DNA from: Anthoceros angustus
Taxonomy: Eukaryota > Plantae > Anthocerotophyta
Assembly: GCA_010909165.1 (NCBI GenBank)
Contig: MU008159.1
Coordinates: 434,001 to 498,000 of the forward strand
Length of the DNA stretch: 64,000 bases
Direction: 5' to 3'
Within the stretch, counting starts at the first letter, position 1. Every line of letters starts with the position of its first letter. Under the pieces are notes generated by a model that had not been told where the DNA came from, searched no databases, and worked only from the letters and a program-made list of their open reading frames with translations. The position numbers were made by a program, and so were the translations under genes. Shown piece after piece: positions 1 through 12,400 of this stretch.

Positions 1-235
1 GTCCTTGGTCCTTGAAAAGCAATACCATTTGCCATCTATTGAATTAGTCCTTGGTCCTTGACAAGCAATGCCATTTGCAATCTATTTAATTAGTCTTGGG
101 TCCTTGGTCCTTGACAAACAAGACCATTTACTATTTTATGTAATTAGTCCTTGGTCCTCGACAACCAAGACCAAATGATTTGAAAGCTATTTTTAAATAA
201 GTCCTTGGTCCTCGACATCCAAGACCATTTGCTTA
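1..235 (+). repeat. Array of ~44-bp imperfect tandem repeats (TTAGTCCTTGGTCCTTGAxAAGCAATACCATTTGCCATCTATTGAA)
   Basis: The unit is directly visible. The same array recurs at ~3500-3970, ~11565-12040 and ~14540-14660, and inverted at ~28860-29300. Confidence 0.9.
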
Positions 236-3200
236 ATGTCAAAATAACTATCTAGCTAGCTATATATGCATTATACAATACTTTAGGTAGCCATGCCATA
301 ACATTGTCTTGCTCGATTGTCTAGTGGAAGAGGTAGGACAGCGAGTTCTTGCGAGATCATTCTCCAAGGAGGACCACAAGCGCCACCCACGATCTAGTAG
401 AGAGACGAGGGTATACACCGGAATACATTATGATGGATCCGCGGAGCTGGGATGGAGCTGGAGCGCAGTGGAGGCGCAAGTGCGCGCAGTGGAGGCGCAG
501 TGGAGGCGCAGTGGAGGCGCAAGTGCGCGCAGTGGAGGCGCAAGTGCGCGCAGTGAAGGCGCACGTGGAGGAGCAACAACAGCAGGGCCACAGTGGATCC
601 GGAGCTGGGATGGAGCTGGAGCGCGAGTATCAACCCCTGGTCATGCTTGCTCATGACCCGCAGATGTTGTCTCTCAATAGGCAAGGCGCAGACAATTTTC
701 CCATCCGAGTTGGCGATTTGGCCATCCTGCAGACACCCGAGATGCACCCTCAAATTAGCAATAGGAGTAGAGATCCACTGGGGCCCATACGCCGCACGAG
801 AGTTCCACATTCAAATGGGCACGTTGGGGACTCCACCCCTAGGAGCCCGGCCGACGCTTGGGAGCGCAACCCTTAGTAGCCCAACCCCTTGGAGGCCGAA
901 CCCTTGGAGCCCGACTTGGAACCTAAGCCCGACTGTTACATGTCTCACGAAGGCCGACCCCTATTGGCCCGCCGCATGGAATAAGTAAAAAGCATCGCCG
1001 AGTCTAAATCCGGAGCTAGGTGTATGCGTGGATTGCCACACTCTTGTGTGTACTCTTTTGAGAGTAATTAATTGAGCATCAAAGTGGTTAGTACATGGCC
1101 CGCTACTTGGAGGCCTAGTGTCGTGTTTTGTAATAATCTTGTTATTTATAAAATAAAGTTCCACTCCATAACAAAACAACACAAAAAGTTCCTTCTATTT
1201 TATGAGATTCCTCAAGTTCCTTGGGTCCGGAATGTATTGACGAGAACCTAAGCCGTGTGTTGCTTGCAACGTATGATATAGCTGTAAGTATCTACGCTTT
1301 GAGGAGATATCATGCTATAGTTAGTACTCTAACGAGTTGTTGTGGGTACAATTAGCCCTTGTCGTCTTCTTTAACTCATCTTCCTAAGAAAGAAAAACAA
1401 TTACAGACTTTCTAAGCACGTGGCATTTAGGCGAGACCAAGAAGAGGATCAACATTAAAATTTTAGTCTTCAAGGATAGGAGAAACTCTTTATGGAGGAA
1501 AGCAAGTAAGGATTCCATACTTTGAGACAAGTGTGAGGCAGAATTCGGTTTAAAGATAGGACAAAATGTAGAACCATTTCGATATATTACATTAGCTTGT
1601 TGCAAACGGTAATCAATTGAGGGAGAGAAGATGAAGGGATGTCGCTACGGTTGCATAGCTGTCATGGTACCTAAACTACCAACAAGCACATCAAAGTTGC
1701 CCATGAGCCAAAGTTACACTAAATCGCATGCCCCGCCACCTACTTACATTGATGGAAAATATCACCGAATGGCAAAATCAATGGACTTGATGTTATTCAC
1801 TCACCCACACGAGAGCTCACAAGATTTCGAGATCGTATGTCCGCACCTTGGAATCTCTGCTTTGAGTAACTCCTAATACAAACATCAACAATCCGGGGAT
1901 GCCCGGATTGCCTCTGGTTCTTGTAGGCCGCTACCGCCGCCATACCATTAATGCACCTTGCCACCTTGAGGAGATGCGCGCGGTGTCGTCGAGGCGCCGT
2001 CCTTGCGTTAATGGTTTTGTTCTTAGCTCTTGACTTTCTGCAGTACGCACCATTTCATGTACACCATGCATCATGCAACATGCGATCAACATACACTAGC
2101 ATCTCTACGGTATTTATACTATCACTATATGGTCGCTATATAACCACGATACCATAATTATACTTGCTATCGGTTGCTACATGACCATACGCATACATAC
2201 ATCTTATTGTGTGTATCACATGCCTATGCATACACATTCCACACACATGCATTCCTAAGTTCCTAAGGCACATTCTCCTGCTCGCTTGTGTGCTATGACA
2301 ATCACGCCACATAGTCATGGTACCTAAACTACCAGAAGCACATCAAAGTTGCGCATGAGCCAAAGTTACGCTAAACCGCATGCCTTGGCCACCTACTTAC
2401 ATTCATGGAAAATATCACGAATGGCCCCCGCTCAAAGTTAGTCAGACTTGTCAAAAACGGAGCACCACTTTGGGCACTCATGGGCAGCACAATCATGAAA
2501 GCCAATCACCAGTTGCTTATCCAACGACAATAAAAGGTACCTAACACAGATCTGCGGTTAGGGTTGAGCCGATTTTCATATGCATGGGTCTCCTCATCTT
2601 CGGATTGTGGCTCCTGTTTGACTTGTGCAGGCAATGAATGTGCAGACCGAAAACTGGCTCCGTTATCATCACTACTCTCGGAGTCTGAAACTATATATCT
2701 CACGGACGTGCACCATAGGTTGAGAGGTAGTCAAGCGCATATGATCATGACTTGCTAAAGAGTGGCAAACGCTGCATGGCTTTGTCACCCATCCCAAGTT
2801 GCCATGTCGCAGGTTGCGAGATCATAAGAATGGTGAGGCCAAACACATATATGCCTTTGGTAACATGAAAATGAGCAAGCCACATCCTCAAAGATTTCAT
2901 GTCTCGAGGAAATTCATCAGCCCCATATCACTAAAGTGGGAGGATAGTCATCAAACACCGGTGCATAAACATATGGTTTTATGTTTTGCAACACGCATCT
3001 TCGAATTCGCAATAGGATGTCTAGACCCATGGGAGAGTTTTATGCCCCGCCTTTGCAACTCAAACATATCCCGATGATTTGTGGGATAATACGCAACCGA
3101 GCACTTCATGTGGCTCATGAGACTCTATATACAACAAGAACGAGGGGTCTATTTTTGCTGGATATTTACGCGTCCTTTGATTACTTTTTCTTAATTGCCA

Positions 3201-3439
3201 TAATATATGCGGGATGTCAAGATGCACAAGAGGGCTTTTCCTCACGTAAAAATAAATGCTATAAAGAAAAGGTACCCCATTGCCCGCATTTGGGCATACA
3301 CTTGCAAAGTTTTGCTCCTTGCTCGTGAGCATATGTTGGAACCGTGGCAATATCCATGACACCACATTGCACGCTGGATTAATTTTTTCAAACACCGACT
3401 CTACCTCAAGTTGTGATGCTCCGCATGCACTTGGTATCA

Positions 3440-4008
3440 TAGTGCATGCACACATGCATCCATGCATTATCATGCTTTTGAAAACATACATAGTCACTGG
3501 CGGTCCTCGGCCTCGACAAGCATGTAGGACCATTTGCACCTATCTATTTAATTAGTCCTTGGTCCTCAACAAGCAAAACCATTTGTGTCTTTGTTCTCGA
3601 GGACTTTTGTACCTTTTTCCATTTATCTTATAGTCTCTCGGACTTTCGCCAAAACAAACAAACAAACAAACAAAACCATTTGCCATCTATTGAATTAGTC
3701 CTTGGTCCTTGAAAAGCGATACCATTTGCCATCTATTGAATTAGTCCTTGGTCCTTGAAAAGCAATACCATTTGCCATCTATTGAATTAGTCCTTGGTCC
3801 TTGAAAAGCAATACCATTTGCCATCTATTGAATTAGTCCTTGGTCCTTGACAAGCAATGCCATTTGCAATCTATTTAATTAGTCTTGGGTCCTTGGTCCT
3901 TGACAAACAAGACCATTTACTATTTATGTAATTAGTCCTTGGTCCTCGACATCCAAGACCATTTGCTTAATGTCAAAATAACTATCTAGCTAGCTATATA
4001 TGCATTAT
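3440..4008 (+). repeat. 44-bp repeat array block, possible MITE-like unit
   Basis: Starts TAGTGCATGCA (CAGTGCATGCA in the inverted copy ending ~29382) and ends with a degenerate complement, TATATGCATTA. Contains internal 44-bp repeats. No TSD found. Confidence 0.4.
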
Positions 4009-4809
4009 ACAATACTTTAGGTAGCCATGCCATAACATTGTCTAGTGGAAGAGGTAGGACATGAAGTTCTTGAGATAATTCTCCAAGGAGGACCACGCCG
4101 CCACCCACAAAGATCTAGCAGAGAGAGGGTATACACCGGAATACATTATGATGGATCCGGCGGCAGGATGCGTATGTGGAGGTGCGAAGGAGGCCAAGAG
4201 CTAGTGTTGGAGCAGCGCAGTGGAGGCGCAGTGGAGGCGCAAGTGCAGCGCAGTGGAGGCGCAAGCGCAGTGAAGGCGCACGTGAGGAGCAACAATGACA
4301 GCAGTGTCACGTAACACGATAATATTCATACCGCTGAATAAACAGAAGCGCTTTTCAATGAATAAGCGGTAACGGCGGGAACATGGGGAACGAAACGCCG
4401 ATGCATTTTCCACAAAAATGCTTCAAAATTACTTGGTCGGAAGCCGGATAATGTCATGACATAGGCTGGAAAAGGGATATACAACCTCGATGGGCACACA
4501 TTTGCCTTGAAATAATGCCCATACATGACATTACATGGCCAAGAGGGCACGAGAGGCCTCTTGCTATTCATTCGAACATAAAGGGTATATGATTTTGGAA
4601 AACCGTTTTAATGAGGGAGTAATAACTATTGGAGATGACAATGAAAATTCAACATGCAAGTCCCTGCTTCCATCTTCCGAAATCAAGACATGCAATTGCT
4701 GCTTCCATGCCTGGTGTGTGTTTTGTACCGCCGAGTCTCACCGCTTCATGGATGGGTGCTATCAAAGAAAAACAATCCGGCATGGGGAACAAAAGTCTCA
4801 GAAGAGTGA

Positions 4810-5530
4810 GGAGATTGACTTACCTTAGAGAGAACTTTTGGACGCATGGACTCGAAATTCCGCCTTTCCGACAAACATCGAAACATATGGATATTGAGCA
4901 TGCGGGGAGGTATTGTCAATGGGCGCGGCATGCCGGCGCCCATCAGAGCATATCTTGGACGGAAACAAGTGACTTACCTTGCACAAAACTCGTGGACGCA
5001 TGGTCCCGCGAAATGCCGCCCCTTGACAAACGTTGTAACATATGCGAGTGTAGGCGGTGTAAGCGGAGGCGCCGCATGCGGCGCCTCACCGCTTACACCG
5101 CCCCTACCAGAGAAACAAGTGACTTACCTTGAAAGAACTAGGGACACATGGACCCGAAATGCCATCCCATGTGACAAATGTTCAAACATATTAGGAGTGA
5201 ACTGTGCATGCTAGGGTATTGTCGGTGGAGGCCCGGCATGCTGCTCTCCATCCTATATTTTCTACAAACAAGAGAAACAAGTGACTTACCTTGCACAAAA
5301 CTCGTGGACGCATGGCCCCGCCAAATGCCATCCCTTCAAAAACGTTTAAACACATGAGGTGAGCTGTGTAGGCGGTGGAGCGGTGGGCGCCCGGCATGCG
5401 GCGCCTCACTACCTACAAACAAGAAACAAGTGACTAACCTTGACAGAACTAGGGAACACATGGACCAAATGCCATCCCATGTGACAAATGTTCAAACATA
5501 TTAGGAGTGAACTGTGCATGCTAGGGTATT
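4810..5530 (-). repeat. Five ~150-bp repeats, each a ~45-nt micro-exon plus intron on the minus strand
   Basis: Each unit has AAG|GT(A/T)AGTCA donors on the minus strand (ACTTACCTT on +, ACTAACCTT in the last unit, at ~4818, 4972, 5122, 5284, 5433). Exon peptides resemble (G)MAFGxMRPRVLCK. A pyrimidine-rich acceptor TTTTTCTTTGATAG lies at ~4760. Confidence 0.6.
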
Positions 5531-5559
5531 GTCAATGATGGCGCCAGATGCCGGCCCAC

Positions 5560-7330
5560 GATTTTGGAAGACAACCGGTAGACCACGTAAAAGCATGGAC
5601 CCGTAAACGCCTTCATTACATAGCGGCGTAAGCGTGCGACGGTGTTGACCAACCTATCTAGTAATAGTCGAGTTGAAACTCGGAAGCCAACATACGTTTT
5701 GCAAAGTGGAGGCTTGTGACTTGCAACGAAGAAACATGTGGCGGCGATTGAGCAAAAGAGCAAAGGCAAACGGAAAGCAATGGAAGAACGAAACAAGTTG
5801 AGGGTATATTGGTGAAGCCCAAGGAGATGCAGACAAAGCCATGGCGTTGCTTTCAAGGTATTCTCAGGGAGAGCGGGCAGCAATGTTATTAGTGCCACCG
5901 AGAAAGTTCTCACCGGCCTTATGGATTTGAAGGGAATGTCGATGAAATTATATTGCGAAGAAATTGCATATCATCCAAGTGGCCATGGCAAAGCACTTAG
6001 GATGTTCATCTTTTGAGATGGTGAGGCAAGAGTACCCACAACATTCCACCGACGAAGTAGTCGCTGTGTTCCGATCGCCGAGGGAAAGGTATGTTATCAT
6101 ACTCTCTTGTTTCTTAGAACTTTATATGGAGGCGGGAGGAGGAGGAGGCGCCGCATGCGCGCCTCCTCCTCCTCCCGCCCGCCGCTTGTCGCTGGGCGCC
6201 GCATGCCGGCGCCCGGCATGCGGCGCCTGGAGTTGGGCGCCGATGCCGCCTCACCCCCAAGATAATAGGGGTTGCACGAGGGAGGCGCGGCATGCCGCGC
6301 CCTTACCCGGTCTAGATGCCGAGGCTGGTGAGGGGCGCTGCATGCCGCGCCTCCTCCCAAGATGCCTAATATTGACAAGCATCCTGCTTTTGTGCAGCAA
6401 CAAAGACATTGAAGTCCTTACCAAGTGCCCCAAAACTTTCAGCAGTTCATTTATGAGGTCAACACTTGGAAGGGCTTGAGGATGAGCGAGAGCTCGCAGA
6501 CAGAGACATTGAAGAGGGATTGTTGCACCACCGTCCCATACCGGAGAAAAAGTAGACGATTCATGCTCGAGATGTGCGGATATGCGAGGTTTTGTGAGGA
6601 AGAGGAGTTACTCTTTGCTTGTGATGGATGTCCCACGTGGATTCGAGAAGGGCCCAAAGGATGGAAGGTTTGATATTTGGCAAGTTGGTAATGTTTTGCA
6701 TTCCTTCCATGACTTGACCGAATGCAGTCAGATGATCATAATGCATGGTGTGGAAGATTCACATATTGTGCGAGCCTATGCGGTGGTGGTGAGGGTGGTC
6801 TTGTTTCATTTGTGTGGGACAAGACAAATGTCAACAACGACAAGGGTGGGTTTGATACGGTGGAGTATGTCACCGCTTCAAGAAGAAAAATCCGAGTTGC
6901 CGTCATGTTACCTAATGTTTTGCAGGCACTTTCAATAATGGTCGGTCGGTGATTGCCCACCATACGATTGTGAAAAAGTGGTTTATCATTCACTTGACAA
7001 ACTTGTTGTCCGTCCCTACCGCCTTTAGGTTTGATGATGAAGCTTATCAAGACATTCTCCAAGGAAGGGACCGGATATTGGATGCATGTGCGGTAGTGGG
7101 TCATCTTTAATGGTGCCTTGTTGTGTGGCGAAATTGTATTTCTATCGAGGCGACAAGAGGTGTGCGTAATTCATTCCACAGTGTACATGGATATGAATCA
7201 CGGATGCGGAGGAGGAGGCGACACATGAGCCGCATCGTGGTCCATCTCACCTGGGCCAAGGAGGTTTGCGTCGTGAGAAGGATATTGGGAAGGCTCAAAT
7301 TGTGCCTCTAGGGTCAGCGAATGAAAGAAA
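5560..7330 (+). pseudogene. Beta-class N4-cytosine/N6-adenine DNA methyltransferase (N6_N4_Mtase-like), frameshifted as assembled
   Basis: Stitched + strand reading gives TIHARDVRDMRGFVRKRSYSLLVMDVPRG (DPPY-equivalent at 6627-6638), SFVWDKTN…TVEYV (6806-6870), and PLGLMMKLIKTFSKEG-DRILDACA-GSGSSLM-GALLCG-RNCISIE (7022-7149; SAM-binding motif I). GT-AG intron at 6089-6397. Confidence 0.75.
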
Positions 7331-8969
7331 GGATGAGACCTCGAGGGGGCACAGACACTAGAGGTCATGGCACACCTCGTTGACGGAAGGAAGACGACGC
7401 CCAGCGATGATGGTGTGACTCTTTGGAGACGGATGAAGAACGTCGAGAAACGCCACCGTAGTTCCCGATAGTGAAGCCGGTTTGTGTGCGGTTGAATCTT
7501 GACCGTGAACTTCCTTAGGTGGCTAGAACGTTTCGCTGCTGCAAGATGTCGTATGGGCCGTTGTCTTTGGAGTGGATGACACGGATCTTCTAGTAGCAAG
7601 TTGTTCTATGTCCGCCATGAGGCCGTTTTGAATACATCCGAGCGACGACTCTACTTATAACTGAGCATTGCCGCTTGTCCGCAAGCATCCCTGCACCTTG
7701 GCACCTTCATTGCAGACCCCTTTGGACACGAAATTCAAATCTCAATCACAATGATTGCTTGGCACGGGCGCATGTGCTTTCGAAGAGACGTGTTTGGAGT
7801 GAATTAGTAACTGTATGAAAAGTACCAAGCGGCGGCAATTTTTCCATCACCGGCGTACATTATTCCGCCGGTATGAATATTATCGTGTTACAGGTGGATC
7901 CGGCGGAGCCTGGGATGGAGCTGGAGCGCGAGTATCAACCCCTGGTCATGCGTGCTCATGACCCACAGATGTTGTCTCTCAATAGGCACGGGCTGGCGCA
8001 AGACAATTTTCCCATCCGAGTTGATGAATTTGGCCATCCTGCGAGACACCGAGATGCACCTCAAATTAGCAATAGGAGTAGAGATCCACTGGGGCCCATC
8101 GTGCACGAGAGTTCCACATTCAAATGGGCACGTTGGGACTCCACCCCTAGGAGCCCGGGGCCGACGCTTGGGAGCGCAACCCCAGTAGCCCAACCCCTTG
8201 GAGGCCGAACCCTTGGAGCCCGACCCCTTGGAACCTAAACCTAATTCGACCCAAGAGTGCTTAACCATGGAGTTCTCAAAGCACCAAAGTTGAGCACCCT
8301 TCCTATCTTGATCCGACCCAAGGGTGCTTAACCTTGAGTTCTTATACCATTGTGTCTATCCCCACATACCCGAGGAGGAGCTACTAAGGAATACAAAAGA
8401 TATATATACATTTCCGGACGTGGCGATCTACTCCACCATTTCCATCTTCTTTGGGCGAAGATTGGGGTCTCAATCGCCGGACGTCCGCAGTTTTGAGACT
8501 CGCGCCAATGTGCGAACGTCCGCATTGCTCCAATTCCTTCTTTTGTTTTCACTCTAACAATGGAGATCCTGGTTGTGTACTCACAAAGGCACTGCACGAG
8601 CTACTTTCTAGAGTCGTAGTTTGGTCCTCTCGAGATGGCCATGATCCGCTATCGATTAATGTTCTCTCACAATTGCGCCGGACGTCCTGCGCTTTGCTTT
8701 CTTTGCAAATTGCTACTTTTGCGTGTTGGTTTGGATGTCCGTAGCGGTTTGGCTTCTTGGACTAGTTTTGTTTGGTTTGCCTCTGTTCACCCTGCTAGGA
8801 AGTACTTTTGCTGCGAAGAGGTGTTTAGGATTCCTAGCACTGTTAAAATCCTTGAAATCCCTTCCTTGTGAAGGTGAAATCCGTGAACCTTCTTGGCTTA
8901 ACCATTAGCGTAAGTATTCACGAGAAAATAACATGGTCAATGTCTTTCGACATGTCTAAAGAGTGGTTT

Positions 8970-9420
8970 TGCTAAAGATTATGCATTTTGGCCCGTTTTG
9001 GGGTCATTTTGGTCTTAGGGACCCAAACCCTTAAATGGAGAATAACCCCTATCGAGAGACGCCTGTAGGGCGCCCAACCCTCGACATGCATCACACCTCC
9101 GAGTGAACTCCCACACATCCTTGTGCATTGTAGCCCACGAACCACATTCAAAATCTTCTTTGCGGTCACATGCGAATAGTGGCCGCCTCTTACGCATGTA
9201 ATGCTTTAGTGAGTGTGCCCTCCATGGAGACACCGCTTTGATCCTCTCGTCCGCCCAAGCTTGTATAAGATGCCTTCCCTTACGCAATAGGGCGCGGCTT
9301 TATGGAGAAAAACAGCCTGCCCTTCACTAGACAAACCATCAAGCATGATCCCCTGCTCCAGAAATTTGCGTACCTCACCGTTCAACAGATACCTTGGGCA
9401 GGAACGCCCCTCACGTTCTA
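8970..9420 (-). mobile_element. Gypsy/Ty3 integrase N-terminal (H2C2 zinc-binding) remnant
   Basis: Minus-strand fragments KAAPYCVREGILYK and WATMHKDVWEFTRRCDAC, similar to the integrase at 23700-23830. Confidence 0.7.
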
Positions 9421-12400
9421 ATCTCCTCCGTCCAGGCCTACCTCGTCGCCTCCTGCTAATGCTTCCGTTGGTAGCCCCAGGTGGCGTGGATCCATTCTCA
9501 AATCCACTTTCTCCATGCTTCGTTCCTGCTGCAAGCTTCTCACCACACCCCATTGCATGCTCCTCTCGACAACGTTCGGAGTTCTCCCATTCTGCTGGTC
9601 CGACCTCGTGTCTAGGTCCATTGCAACTCCATAGCGACCTCCTCGCCTTCGCCCCATGGCCACTCCCTAGTGATTTCCCATGAATCGCTATCTCCTTCTC
9701 CTGCGGGTTTCCTTGGTGATCATGGGATGAAGCTCCTTCCTCCTACCAGCGTGGCTCCACTTGCAGCCCTGACGCTCACCCTTGAGGAGCATTCCAGCCT
9801 CCTCCTCGCGCCCAAAGTTACACTAAATCGCATGCCACGCCACCTACTTACATTCATGGAAAATATCACCGAATGGCAAAATCAATGGACTTGATGTTAT
9901 TCACTCACCCACACCCGATGTAAGCTCACAAGATTTGAGATGTATTCGCACCTTGGAATCTCGCTTTGAGTAACTCCTAATACAAACATCAACAATCCGG
10001 ATTGCCTCTGTTCTTGTAGGCCGCCACCGCCATACCATTAATGCACCGCCACCTTGAGGAGATGCGCGGTGTCGTCGAGGCGCCGTCCTTGCGTTAATGG
10101 TTTTGTTCTTAGCTCTTGACTTTCTGCGACGCACCATTTCATGTACACCATGCATCATGCAACATGCGATCAACATACACTAGCATCTCTACGGTATCTA
10201 TACTATCACTATATGGTCGCTATATAACCACGATACCATAATTATACACCGCTATACTTGCTTACATGACCATACGTACATACATCTTATTGTGTATCAC
10301 ATGCCTATGCATACACATTCCACACATGCATTCCTAAGTTCCTAAGGCACATTCTCACCCTGCTTGTGTGCTATGACAATCCGCCACATGATAGCTGTCA
10401 TGGTACCTAAACTACCATGAGCACATCAAAGTTGCGCATGAGCCAAAGTTACGCTAAACCGCATGCCCCGCCACCTACTTACATTCATGGAAAATATCGT
10501 GCACGAATGGCCCCCGCTCAAGTTGGGGTACTTGTCAAAACGGAGCACCACTTTGGGCACTCATGGGCACACAATCATGAAAGCCAATCACCGATTTATC
10601 CAACGACAATAAAAGGTACCTAACACGGATCTGTTAGGGTTGAGCCGATTTTCATATGCATGGCTCTCCTCATCTTCGGATTGTGGCTCTGTTTGACTTG
10701 TCCGGGCAATGAATGCATCAAAACGCCTCATCACTACTCTCGAGTCCGAAACTATATATCTCACGGACGTGCACCATAGGTTGAGAGGTAGTCAAGCGCA
10801 TATGATCATGACTTTTTGCTAAAGAGTGGCAAACCGCATGGCTTTGTCGATCCATCCCAAGTTGCCATGTCGCGAAGTTGCGATGATCATAAGAATGGTG
10901 AGGCCACCAAACACATATATGCCTTTGGTAACATGAAAATGAGCAAGCCACATCCTCAAAGATTTCATGTCTCGAGGAAATTCATCAGCCCCATATCACT
11001 AAAGTGGACGAGGATAGTCATCAAACACCGTGCATAAACATATGGTTTTATGTTTTGCAACACGCATCTTCAATTCGCAATAGGATGTCTAGACCCATGG
11101 GAGAGTTTTATGCCCCGCCTTTGCAACTCAAACATATCCCGATGATTTGTGGGATAATACGCAACGAGCACTTCATGTGGCTCATGAGACTCTATATACA
11201 ACAAGAACCGAGGGGTCTATTTTGCTGGATATTTACGCGTCCTTTGATTACTTTTCTTAATTGCCATAATATATGCAGGATGTCAAGATGCACAAGAGGG
11301 CTTTTCCTCACGTAAAAATAAATGCTATAAAGAAAGGTACCCCATTGCCCGCATTTGGGCATACACTTGCAAAGTTTTGCTCCTTGCTCGTGAGCATATG
11401 TTGGAACCGTGGCAATATCCATGACACCACATTGCACTGGATTAATTTTTTCAAACACCGACTCTACCTCAAGTTGTGATGCTCCATGCACTTGGTATCA
11501 TAGTGCATGCACACATGCATCCATGCATTATCATGCTTTTGAAAACATCCATAGTCACACGCGGTCCTCGGCCTCGACAAGCATGTAGGACCATTTGCAC
11601 CTATCTATTTAATTAGTCCTTGGTCCTCAACAAGCAAAACCATTTGTGTCTTTGTTCTCGAGGACTTTTGTACCTTTTTCCATTTATCTTATAGTCTCTC
11701 GGACTTTCGCCAAAAACAAACAAACAAACAAAAAAACCATTTGCCATCTATTGAATTAGTCCTTGGTCCTTGAAAAGCGATACCATTTGCCATCTATTGA
11801 ATTAGTCCTTGGTCCTTGAAAAGCAATACCATTTGCCATCTATTGAATTAGTCCTTGGTCCTTGACAAGCAATGCCATTTGCAATCTATTTAATTAGTCT
11901 TGGTCCTTGGTCCTTGACAAACAAGACCATTTACTATTTATGTAATTCATCCTTGGTCCTCGACAACCAAGACCAAATGATTTGAAAAGCTATTTTTTAA
12001 TAAGTCCTTGGTCCTCGACATCCAAGACCATTTGCTTAATGTCAAAATAACTATCTAGCTAGCTATATATGCATTATACAATACTTTAGGTAGCCATGCC
12101 ATAACATTGTCTAGTGGAAGAGGTAGGACAGCGAGTTCTTGCGAGATAATTCTCCAAGGAGGACCACGAAGCTGCCACCCACAGCATCTAGTACCGTAGA
12201 GACGAGGGTATACATCGGAATACATTATGATGGATCCGAAGCAGCAGCAGGATGCGTATGTGGAGGTGCAGAAGGAGGCCGAAGAGCTAGTGTTGGAGCG
12301 CGGTGGAGGCGCAGTGGAGGCGCAAGTGCGGGTGCGCAGTGGGCGCAGTGAAGGCGCACGTGGAGGAGCAACAACAGCGGCGTCAGTGGATCCGGGAGCT

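Larger units (their letters stand above)
4310..7893. mobile_element. Non-autonomous TIR DNA transposon (~3.6 kb) carrying a DNA methyltransferase gene
   Basis: TIRs GTAACACGATAATATTCATACCG (23/23 identical, extending imperfectly to ~31 bp) at 4311-4341 and 7860-7891. The flanks rejoin the uninterrupted 'empty site' copy at 12361-12400 (…GTCA|GTGGATCC…). No transposase recognised; TSD unresolved. Confidence 0.85.

Noticed and set aside
3670-3970. 44-bp arrays as a CRISPR-like repeat-spacer array
   Set aside because: The units are contiguous tandem repeats with no unique spacers; the context is eukaryotic and there are no cas genes.
4535-4828. Cys-rich + strand ORF (CNCCFHAW) as a ParB or zinc-finger N-terminus of the MTase
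   Set aside because: Splice signals here favour a minus-strand terminal exon/UTR, and the motif match needs several substitutions.
6561-6746. Minus-strand HLTAFGQVMEGM resembling the cyclophilin HVVFGQVVEGM motif
   Set aside because: An isolated match with no other cyclophilin motifs. It is the antisense shadow of the + strand methyltransferase, which has several ordered motifs.
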